Assembly (NCBI GenBank): GCA_044222475.1
Contig: JBGANF010000117.1
Span: forward strand, 1-24,799
Origin: Polyangiaceae bacterium
GTDB lineage: Bacteria > Myxococcota_A > Polyangia > Polyangiales > Polyangiaceae
Direction of reading: 5' to 3'
Length of the DNA stretch: 24,799 nt
Positions 1 through 7,262 of this stretch are shown here, in pieces; positions within the stretch are counted from its first letter, which is position 1; every line of letters begins with the position of its first letter. A program made the translations under genes and the position numbers. Below the pieces are notes generated by a model. That model made no database searches. It was not told where the DNA came from and saw only the letters and a program-made list of their open reading frames with translations.

Positions 1-219
1 AAGAAGGACAAGGACGGCGCCGTCGACGTGTACTTCCAGGCCGACGCGCCGGCGAAGGGGTCCGTCGCCGAAGCGAACTGGCTACCCGTGCCCAAAGGCG
101 AGGCGTTCTTCGTCGTGCTCCGGATGTACCAGCCGAAGCCCGAAGCGCTGAGCGGCGCGTGGGCCGTCCCCGCGATCAAGCGCAAGCCCGACGCACCGGC
201 GACTCCGCCGAAGAAGTGA
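1..219 (+). CDS. DUF1214 (DUF1254/DUF1214) family protein, C-terminal part (5' truncated by window)
   Basis: Frame 1 is open from base 1: KKDKDGAVDVYFQADAP...NWLPVPKGEAFFVVLRMYQP..W, matching the DUF1214 C-terminal pattern (DG.v.iyf...P...NWLP.P...f...lR.Y.P). TGA at 217-219. Confidence 0.8.
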   Translation, partial: KKDKDGAVDVYFQADAPAKGSVAEANWLPVPKGEAFFVVLRMYQPKPEALSGAWAVPAIKRKPDAPATPPKK

Positions 220-220
220 G

Positions 221-679
221 TCAGGCCGTGCGGCGTCGCCGACGCGCGAGCAGCAGCGCCGCGCCGACGCCGAGCCCGACCGCGATCGACGCGGGGTCCG
301 AACCCGACGCGTTGCACCCGTAGCCGACACCGGTCGACGTGCCCGGCTTCGCGTTGGGATCGGTCCCGGCCTTGAGCTCGTCCACGTCGGTCACGCCGTC
401 GAGGTCGCTGTCGACCTTGTCGGTCGTCATCTTGTCGATCGCGGCGTTGAGCGAGGTCTCGTCGCTCGCGATGAGCCCGCGCGCGCGCATCGCGGTGCCG
501 AACGGCGTGTTGACGGTGCCTTTGCCGGTGATGCCATTCGTGTGGCAGGTGGCGCACTGGGGATCGTAGGTGAGCGTGAGCTTCGTGCGCATCGCGCTCG
601 GGAAGTTGCTCGTCGCGAGCGCGGAGCCGGCGCTGAGGAGGATGAAGGCAGAGGCAGCGGCGAAGGGGGCGAGGCGCAT
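221..679 (-). CDS. Secreted monoheme cytochrome c with TSP3-like Ca-binding motif and MYXO-CTERM sorting tail
   Basis: Start moved to ATG 679 (MRLAPFAAASAFILLSAGSALA, signal peptide), 8 nt after the stop of the upstream gene. Contains CATCH (542-556) and DSDLDGVTDVDE. C-terminus GYGCNASG...IAVGLGVGAALLLARRRRR has Cys, a hydrophobic helix and an Arg cluster. Confidence 0.8.
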   Translation of the reverse strand: MRLAPFAAASAFILLSAGSALATSNFPSAMRTKLTLTYDPQCATCHTNGITGKGTVNTPFGTAMRARGLIASDETSLNAAIDKMTTDKVDSDLDGVTDVDELKAGTDPNAKPGTSTGVGYGCNASGSDPASIAVGLGVGAALLLARRRRRTA

Positions 680-687
680 GGTGATCC

Positions 688-1935
688 TCACAGGTAAAGG
701 TGCGCTTGGAGGAGGAGGAGTCCAGAGCTTTGTCGCCCGGTTCCACCGCCGCTGTCTTCGTTGCGGAAAATGCCGTCGATGCGGAGGTCGCAGTGAGGGA
801 GGAAGAACCACCACACGCTGCCCCACGCGCCGGCGCCGGTGCCCAGGTTCTTGAAGTCGGTGTTCTTCATCTCCCCGGTGACGAGGAAGTGCAGCCCCTT
901 CACCGGCTCCATGTCGAGCTGGAGGAGCGTCGCGGTGCCGAACGTGTTCGTGATCGCGTTCGTCGCTTCGTCCTTGCTCGACTTGAAGAGGAAGTCGGCC
1001 TCGGCCATGAGGCCGATCGCCTTGGTGAAGGCGAAGCGGCCGAAGAGACCGTGCGCCTGGCGCCAGGTCGGGAGGTTGTTGTCGAGGTCCTTGTTCGCGT
1101 GGGTGATCAGGCTGCTTCCGCCGACCGCGACGCTCGTCGATGGAGCGTACTCGAAGTACGCGCTGTAGCCGCGCTCACGGTACGCGTCGGGACGGATGGC
1201 GAAGTTACCGGCGATGCCCATGACCTCGGCGCGGACCTTCTCGAGGTTCAACGACGCGGCGATGCCGTACTGCTGCCCGTCGTTGATGTCGGTACGCGTC
1301 GTCTTGCGAACCCAGGACGTGTGCTCGATCGAGCGCAGCCCGAAGGGCAAGTTGAGGCGACCGACGCGAAGGAGGACCTCGTTGTCTTTTCCGATGTCGA
1401 CGCCCATCCAGAACGTGCGCGAGATCAGGCGATTCTGCAGCGCGCTGTCGCCGCGGGTGATCGAGGCCTTGAGCGCTCCCTCGTGGGCGAAGCCGAGGTT
1501 CCCGTTCATGCGGAACCGGCCGATGGACACCTGCGCTTCGGCGTCGGCCTGCATCAAGTAGTAGTGCGGGTTGACCTTCCCGCCCGAGAACAGGAACAGT
1601 CCGAGCGACCGGAAGTCGGCGCCGAGGAGCAACGGCTCCGGCATCTTGAACGCGCCGAACAAGAAGTCGCCGACAGTCCCGGGATCGTCGTCGCCGCCTT
1701 TCTTGTACTTCATCGTCATCTCGGTCACGCCGAGCGCGCGACCGTACTGCGTGAGCAGGTTTCCGCCGGACGGGTCTGCGTGGCACACGTTGCAGCTCGT
1801 GTACCCGTTGCGGATCATCCACGGGTACGCACTCGCCCGCGGGCTCCAGGCCACGATCGCGAGGAACGTCGCCATCGCGAGCGCGAACGCGATGTGACGT
1901 TTTGCCCCCCCGCGGGACAGACTCGTCGAAAACAT
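688..1935 (-). CDS. Fused monoheme cytochrome c / outer-membrane beta-barrel protein (Cyc2-like architecture)
   Basis: Signal peptide ending ASA, then YPWMIRNGYTSCNVCH...LLTQYGR (CxxCH at 1780-1794). The remaining ~330 aa are alternating amphipathic beta-strands ending LLLLQAHLYL. RBS AAGGAG lies immediately upstream. Confidence 0.75.
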   Translation of the reverse strand: MFSTSLSRGGAKRHIAFALAMATFLAIVAWSPRASAYPWMIRNGYTSCNVCHADPSGGNLLTQYGRALGVTEMTMKYKKGGDDDPGTVGDFLFGAFKMPEPLLLGADFRSLGLFLFSGGKVNPHYYLMQADAEAQVSIGRFRMNGNLGFAHEGALKASITRGDSALQNRLISRTFWMGVDIGKDNEVLLRVGRLNLPFGLRSIEHTSWVRKTTRTDINDGQQYGIAASLNLEKVRAEVMGIAGNFAIRPDAYRERGYSAYFEYAPSTSVAVGGSSLITHANKDLDNNLPTWRQAHGLFGRFAFTKAIGLMAEADFLFKSSKDEATNAITNTFGTATLLQLDMEPVKGLHFLVTGEMKNTDFKNLGTGAGAWGSVWWFFLPHCDLRIDGIFRNEDSGGGTGRQSSGLLLLQAHLYL

Positions 1936-1992
1936 GCTCCTTCTTACTCGCGGGGCGGCTGGGGACTCAAGGACTCTCGTGGGATTTTCGGC

Positions 1993-2814
1993 TCACGGGT
2001 TCCACGCCGGGACGACGATTCGCCCGGGTGCACCGTTCTTCGGCGGCTCGCTGTGGCAGCCGTTGCAGTCGCCGTCGGTCTGGGCGGCGAGCATCTTGCG
2101 AGAGTCGTTCCCGACGATCACCTCGGCCGCGTAGGGCGCCTTGAAGTTCGGGGTGTTGAAATCGTCGAGGAAGAAGTTGCCCGCCGAGTTGACCGGAAGG
2201 TTGTAGACTACACTGTTCGCGTCCGTGATCCGCACCGTGGCGCCGGCGGGGACGCCTTTGCAGTCCGTCTGCTCGCGTCCGGTCGGGTACAGCGTGCCGG
2301 CGACCCAGAACGTCGGTGCGCCGAACTTCGTCGCGTGGCAAGCGATGCACGCTTCGCCGGGTCGCATCGTCGTGCCGTTGCGCGTCGAGCCCTTGCCGCT
2401 CGTGCACAGCGCGGGACCAGGAAACTCGGTCGTGCCGCCGTCGGCGGTGCACGATCCAGCGACGTAGCCGCCCTTGATCCACGCGTCGAGGATCGGCGCA
2501 TCGGCCGCAGCGCCGCCGCCCGGAGGCATCGTGCCGGCCGTCATGCGCTCGACCGACACTTGCGCGTAGGTCTTCGACGGATCGCTCGCGCTCGGCGCCT
2601 GGAGATCGGCTCCGCTGAGCAGCGCCATCGGGGCACCGCCGCTCGGCGGCGAGCTGTGACACGACGTGCACTTCGAGATGACCGCGGCGACGTCGCACGG
2701 GAGGTCGGTGAGGGTGGTGTTGGGCGGGGCAGGCGAGTCGGTCGATCCACCACACGCGAAAGCCACCGCGACGGCCGCGGTGATCGAGCAAACGAGGAGA
2801 AGCGAGGTACGCAT
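1993..2814 (-). CDS. Triheme cytochrome c lipoprotein (paralog 2)
   Basis: Start moved to ATG 2814 (GGAG upstream). Lipoprotein signal MRTSLLLVCSITAAVAVAFAC. Heme motifs CTSCH, CIACH and CNGCH; TMPP is the likely Met ligand for heme 1. Confidence 0.85.
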   Translation of the reverse strand: MRTSLLLVCSITAAVAVAFACGGSTDSPAPPNTTLTDLPCDVAAVISKCTSCHSSPPSGGAPMALLSGADLQAPSASDPSKTYAQVSVERMTAGTMPPGGGAAADAPILDAWIKGGYVAGSCTADGGTTEFPGPALCTSGKGSTRNGTTMRPGEACIACHATKFGAPTFWVAGTLYPTGREQTDCKGVPAGATVRITDANSVVYNLPVNSAGNFFLDDFNTPNFKAPYAAEVIVGNDSRKMLAAQTDGDCNGCHSEPPKNGAPGRIVVPAWNP

Positions 2815-2933
2815 TCGAGCTCCAGAGCGACGGACGAAGAAAAATTCGGCGTACGGTGCCACATCGCCACGCGAATGAGGCACCGCGGAAAACATTTTCC
2901 CGTCGCTCAGTGGATTTTCGAATCAGGAACGGA

Positions 2934-3803
2934 TCACGGGCTCCAACCTGGGACGACGATGCGCCCTGGGGCACCTTGCGACGGTGGCTCTCCGTGGCAC
3001 GAGTTGCAGTCGCCGCTCGTTTGCGGCGCGCCCATCGCGCGCGAGCCCTTCGCGTCTTTGACGACGGCCATGTACGGGTACGCGAAGCTCGCCGTGCCGG
3101 GGAATTTTCCCGCGACATGGCCCAACGCGAAGTTGCCGGCCGCGTTCGGCGTGAGCGTGTGGACCGTCCCGTTCTTGTCCGTGATCACGACCGTGACTCC
3201 GCTCGACGAGGGGACACCTTTGCAGTCGTCGCCCTCGCGGCCAGTCGGAAACACCGTGCCCGCCACCCAGAAGGTCTTGTCCTCGTCGGGGGCGTTCTTC
3301 GTGTGGCATGCGATGCATGCGCGCCCAGGTACCATTTCGGGATCCGCGTTCGTCTGACTCGTCGCTCCCTTGCCGTTGGTGCAGACCGCGGGTCCGGGGT
3401 ATCCGCCACCTCCGCCGTCGCCGGTCGACGTGCAATCTCCAGCCGGGTATCCGTCCGCGATCCACGCCTCGAGCGCGGCGGTGTCGCCCGTGGCGCCGCC
3501 GCCCGGAGGCATCGTGCCCGCCTTCATCCGCTCGACGGAGACCTGCGCCATCGTCTTGTTCGGATCGGAGGCGCTCGGCGCCTTCAGCTCCGCCGCGCTC
3601 GTGAGCGACATCGGAGCGCCACCCGCCGGAGGAGACCCGTGGCACGAGATGCACTTGCCGCCGATCACGGTGGACACGTCGCAAGGGACGTCGGCAGGTC
3701 CGCCGTTGCCGTTGCCGCCGACCGTGGACGTGAGGCCGTAGCAGCCAGCCGCCGCAGCGACGGCCAACGCGATGACGAGGAGAGAGGAGCTTCGAGTGGG
3801 CAT
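2934..3803 (-). CDS. Triheme cytochrome c lipoprotein (paralog 1)
   Basis: Lipobox AAAGC. Heme motifs CISCH, CIACH and CNSCH. Collinear with 1993..2814 (PCDV, GGAPM, APSASDP, AQVSVERM.AGTMPPGGGA, TFWVAGT, AGNF, GAPGRIVVP.W.P). Confidence 0.88.
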   Translation of the reverse strand: MPTRSSSLLVIALAVAAAAGCYGLTSTVGGNGNGGPADVPCDVSTVIGGKCISCHGSPPAGGAPMSLTSAAELKAPSASDPNKTMAQVSVERMKAGTMPPGGGATGDTAALEAWIADGYPAGDCTSTGDGGGGGYPGPAVCTNGKGATSQTNADPEMVPGRACIACHTKNAPDEDKTFWVAGTVFPTGREGDDCKGVPSSSGVTVVITDKNGTVHTLTPNAAGNFALGHVAGKFPGTASFAYPYMAVVKDAKGSRAMGAPQTSGDCNSCHGEPPSQGAPGRIVVPGWSP

Positions 3804-3851
3804 GTGCCGCCAGGCACGTACCGCCGCCGACCGCGGGGCAGGCAGCGAAAT

Positions 3852-3867
3852 GGGCGATTTTCTTGCA
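3852..3867 (+). promoter_or_regulatory. Possible sigma-54 (-24/-12) promoter for the 3893 operon
   Basis: gGG-CGATTTTCTT-GCA has exact GG-N10-GC spacing and a TTGCA -12 box. The -24 box matches TGGCAC only partly. It sits in the AT-richer divergent intergenic region. Confidence 0.3.
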
Positions 3868-3892
3868 CCAATTCGCGCAAATTAGGGCATTC

Positions 3893-4837
3893 ATGAAATG
3901 CTTGGACGCTGCGCTTCTCGTGCTCTTGCTTCAGCGAGGTGAGCTCCCGCCGGCGACCGCCGACGCGATGCTCGCGTCCGCGCGCGCGGTGCTCGGAGCG
4001 AGCGCCACGGTCGATCTCGTTCAGCTCGACGCGGTCGACGACTCCGTCGCGATTCGAGAAGCCTCTGCCCGCCACGCGACCGTCGTCGTCGAGCTTCGCG
4101 TCGACGAGAACCGTGTGCACGTTCGTGTGCTGCTCGTCGCCGACAACCGATGGACCGATCGAGACATCGGCTTCTCCGATCGCGATCGACCCGAAGAGCG
4201 CGGGCGCACGCTCGGGTTCGCCGCTGCGTCGATGATGCCCGACCTCCCCGCCACTGTCGTCGTGCCGCCCGTGCCACCCACGCCGCCCGCTCACCCCGAG
4301 CAACCTCCCGTCGTGCCTCCACCCCGCCGCTGGTACGGGTCCGTCGATGCGATGGGCGTCGGTGCGGTCGGTCTCGGTGGCGTCGGCGGCGGGTGGGGCG
4401 CGATCCTCGCCGGCGTGATCCAACCGAAGGCGCCGTGGGGGCTTCGGCTGGCGGTCTCGCCGCGCTTCGGGGAGATCGTGGCGGCCAAGGCCAACACGAT
4501 CACCGTCGTGACCTCGCTCGGAGTGGCGCTCCAGGTGGGGGCGCCTCGGCCGTGGACCTTGGGGTTCGGCGCCCGGCTCGACCTCCTGGCCGCCTACGTC
4601 GAGGTGAGCCACTTCTCGCCCGACGACGTCGTGCCCGACCGCCAGTCCCGCTGGATCCCCGGGTTCGATGCCGCCGTGGAGGGCACGTTGCGGCTCGCCC
4701 CGAACCTTGGATTCGTCTTGGCCCTCGGAATCGAAGGGTTTTTCGGCAGCACCGACGTGTACGTCCGAGGGCAACCCGCAGCGACGATGTCGCCTCTTCG
4801 CCTCCTGGGGGAGGGCGGAATTCGCGCTCGATTCTAG
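3893..4837 (+). CDS. Hypothetical protein with Pro-rich linker and probable C-terminal beta-barrel (ECF-operon associated)
   Basis: Start at ATG 3893. N-terminal domain, then a PPVPPTPPAHPEQPP linker, then Gly/aromatic-rich amphipathic strands ending GGIRARF (terminal Phe typical of outer-membrane proteins). Confidence 0.65.
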   Translation: MKCLDAALLVLLLQRGELPPATADAMLASARAVLGASATVDLVQLDAVDDSVAIREASARHATVVVELRVDENRVHVRVLLVADNRWTDRDIGFSDRDRPEERGRTLGFAAASMMPDLPATVVVPPVPPTPPAHPEQPPVVPPPRRWYGSVDAMGVGAVGLGGVGGGWGAILAGVIQPKAPWGLRLAVSPRFGEIVAAKANTITVVTSLGVALQVGAPRPWTLGFGARLDLLAAYVEVSHFSPDDVVPDRQSRWIPGFDAAVEGTLRLAPNLGFVLALGIEGFFGSTDVYVRGQPAATMSPLRLLGEGGIRARF

Positions 4838-4873
4838 CCTGACGTCGGTGGGGTGAAGGTACCCTGATCCTCG

Positions 4874-5548
4874 ATGTCGTTCGCTTTTCGTGGTGCGCAG
4901 AAGCCCTCCCCCCTGCGGATGATCCGCGGCGGCGCGGAGGAGACCCGCCCGACGCCGGCGACGCCCGCGTTCGACGACAGCGAGATGCTCGCCGCCATGC
5001 GCGCGGGAGATCCGACCGCGGCCTCGGCGTTCCACGACCGCGTTCGACCGCAGGTCGATCGCACGCTCTACCGTCTCCTCGGCCGTCGCGACGTCGATCA
5101 CGACGACATGGCGCAGCTCGCTCTGATCGAGCTCGTGTACACGATCGATCGCTTCCGCGGAGATTGTTCGCTCGACTCCTGGGTGGCGACGCTCACGGCG
5201 CACGTCGTCTACAAACATCTTCGGCGTCGAAAGACCGAGCGCCGCATCTTCGCCGGCCCCGACGACATCGCTCCCGCGTCGACTCGTGGTCACGCCGGCG
5301 AGGTCGCCGCCAAGCAGGTGATGCAAAAGGTCCAAGGACTCCTCGACGACATGGACGAGGCGAAGGCGTGGACCTACGTCCTGCACGACGTGTGCGGGTA
5401 CGATCTGAAGGAGATTGCCCAGATCACTGGGGTGAGCGTCGCCGCGGCGCAGACCCGGCTCGTGCGCGGGCGGCGCGAGCTTCACGAGAAGATCCAGCGT
5501 GACCCCGAGCTCGCGAGCGAGCTCGCTTCGAAGGGAGCCGAGCCATGA
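4874..5548 (+). CDS. ECF-subfamily RNA polymerase sigma-70 factor
   Basis: Region 2 (DDMAQLALIEL...IDRFRGDCSLDSW) and region 4 (YVLHDVCGYDLKEIAQITGVSVAAAQTRLVRGR). Confidence 0.92.
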   Translation: MSFAFRGAQKPSPLRMIRGGAEETRPTPATPAFDDSEMLAAMRAGDPTAASAFHDRVRPQVDRTLYRLLGRRDVDHDDMAQLALIELVYTIDRFRGDCSLDSWVATLTAHVVYKHLRRRKTERRIFAGPDDIAPASTRGHAGEVAAKQVMQKVQGLLDDMDEAKAWTYVLHDVCGYDLKEIAQITGVSVAAAQTRLVRGRRELHEKIQRDPELASELASKGAEP

Positions 5549-6627
5549 GCCCCTTGGTGAAAGGCGCAGCGAAGGCACTCTCCACCCCGCCGCCGTCGGG
5601 TCCCCTGGACGAGCGGGAACGCGCACGCGGCATCGCGACGATCCAAGCGGCGATGCAGGAACGCGCGGCGCGCGCGCGTCGTCGGCGAGCGGCCGTCGGC
5701 GTGGCTGGAGTCGCAGCGTTCGCGGCGGCTGCAGCCGCCGTGGTGATGGTCCGCGGCCACGCGACTCCATCGACGCTGACCTCGCACGCGCCGAACCTCG
5801 CGGTGGACGCCGTGACGATGACCGCGACGACGGCCGACACCGAGGTCACGGTCACTGACGGCGCGGAGCCGGCGCACCGGCTCACGCCGAACACGCGGGT
5901 GCGCGTCGGCTCGCGCATCGTCGCGGCGCGCGGCGCTCACGCGCTGCTCGGGTTCTCCACCGGCACGACGTTCGATCTCGACGGGAGTGACGTGGCGGTG
6001 CTCGACGCGTCCTCGACCGAGCGCTTCGACCTGCGCGACGGCGCGATCGCGGCGAAGGTGAGCCACCTCGCGCCCGGGCGTCGGTTCGTGGTCCAGACGC
6101 CCGACGCGGAGGTCGAAGTTCGTGGGACCACGTTCCGCGTGACCGTGCTGGCCCCCGGCGACGCCTGCCTCGATGGTACCCGGACGAGCGTCGTGGTGAC
6201 CGAGGGGGTCGTCGTGGTCCGCCGGGCCGGAGCCTCGCGCGAGGAGCGCGTCGAAGCGGGCGCGAGCTGGCCGCCGGCGTGTCATGTCGCGCAAGCGGCC
6301 GGCGTGGGGGCGGGCGCGACCACACGCCCCGTCGGGACCACGGCTGCCGCCGCCATCAGCGCATCGACGCTCTCGGCGCAGAACGATCTGTTCGCCGACG
6401 CCATGACGGCGAAGCGCAAGGGCGACAAGCGACGCGCGGTGGAAACCCTGGACGAGCTCATCTCCAAGTATCCGCGCGGGCCGCTGGCGGAGAGCGCCGA
6501 GGCGGAGCGGTTCCGTCTCCTCCGCGACGTCGATCCGGCGCGGGCGAGCGCGGAAGCGTCGGCCTATCTCCGTCGCTATCCAAAGGGCTTTGCGCGCGAC
6601 GAGGCTCAGGCGATTCTCTCGCCGTGA
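5545..6627 (+). CDS. FecR-domain anti-sigma factor with C-terminal TPR-like domain
   Basis: ATGA overlap with the sigma factor. Arg cluster plus one TM helix, FecR motif FVVQTPDAEVEVRGTTFRV...VVVTEGVVVV, and a helical C-terminus (YPRGPLAESAEAER; AYLRRYPKG). Confidence 0.88.
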   Translation: MSPLVKGAAKALSTPPPSGPLDERERARGIATIQAAMQERAARARRRRAAVGVAGVAAFAAAAAAVVMVRGHATPSTLTSHAPNLAVDAVTMTATTADTEVTVTDGAEPAHRLTPNTRVRVGSRIVAARGAHALLGFSTGTTFDLDGSDVAVLDASSTERFDLRDGAIAAKVSHLAPGRRFVVQTPDAEVEVRGTTFRVTVLAPGDACLDGTRTSVVVTEGVVVVRRAGASREERVEAGASWPPACHVAQAAGVGAGATTRPVGTTAAAAISASTLSAQNDLFADAMTAKRKGDKRRAVETLDELISKYPRGPLAESAEAERFRLLRDVDPARASAEASAYLRRYPKGFARDEAQAILSP

Positions 6628-7226
6628 CGAAGCGCCTGTCCTTCGCCTTCGCCGCCGCCGCCATCCTCGGCTGCAACGGGGCGCTCTACTTCGACGTCCC
6701 GAGCGACGCCGATGTCGATGGCGGCTCCGACGGTGGCGTCGGGTTCTGCGTGAACGACACGAGCTGCAAGCTGCCCTCGCTCCACTGCGACATCGTGAGC
6801 GGTCGTTGCGAGGCGTGCACTCTGGACGAGCACTGCAGCGCGCCGATGAAGCGCTGCGACACGGCGCTGCATCGCTGCGTGGAGTGTGGGAGCAAGAGCG
6901 ACTGCGCGACCGACGAGATCTGCGAGCCGACCGTTCACGTCTGCGTCCGAACGTGCACCGAGGACATCCAATGCCCGCCCACCGCGGCTCGCTGCAACGA
7001 CACGGTGATGCGATGCTACGAGTGCAAGGACGACGACGACTGCCCCAGCGCTCGACCGCGCTGCGAGCAAGCGTCCGGGCGGTGCGTCGAGTGCACCGGC
7101 AACGTCCACTGCGTCGACCCACGTCGCTACTGCGACCGATCGACGTTCAAGTGCGTGGCCTGCTACGACGGGATCCAGTGCGCGTCGGGCGTGTGTGACC
7201 CGGCGACTCACTTCTGCGTCGAGTAG
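6624..7226 (+). CDS. Cys-rich repeat lipoprotein
   Basis: GTG 6624 overlaps the upstream TGA. Lipoprotein signal MTKRLSFAFAAAAILGC, then seven ~21-23 aa repeats with 4 Cys each. Confidence 0.85.
   Translation: MTKRLSFAFAAAAILGCNGALYFDVPSDADVDGGSDGGVGFCVNDTSCKLPSLHCDIVSGRCEACTLDEHCSAPMKRCDTALHRCVECGSKSDCATDEICEPTVHVCVRTCTEDIQCPPTAARCNDTVMRCYECKDDDDCPSARPRCEQASGRCVECTGNVHCVDPRRYCDRSTFKCVACYDGIQCASGVCDPATHFCVE
6747..7223 (+). repeat. Seven tandem Cys4 protein repeats (C-x5-C-x3..6-C-x6-C)
   Basis: CVNDTSC..HCDIVSGRCEA / CTLDEHC..RCDTALHRCVE / CGSKSDC.. / CTEDIQC.. / CKDDDDC..RCEQASGRCVE / CTGNVHC.. / CYDGIQC..CDPATHFCVE. Confidence 0.85.
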
Positions 7227-7262
7227 CTTGATCCGGGGCCGCATTCGCGGCAAAGAACGGCG

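Noticed and set aside
700..3357. 885-aa plus-strand ORF, and similar long ORFs at 3665-5770, 6606-8267, 11820-13499 and 23320-24756
   Set aside because: These are antisense shadows of well-supported genes. They are Arg/Ala/Gly-rich with no motifs, as expected from high-GC codon bias.
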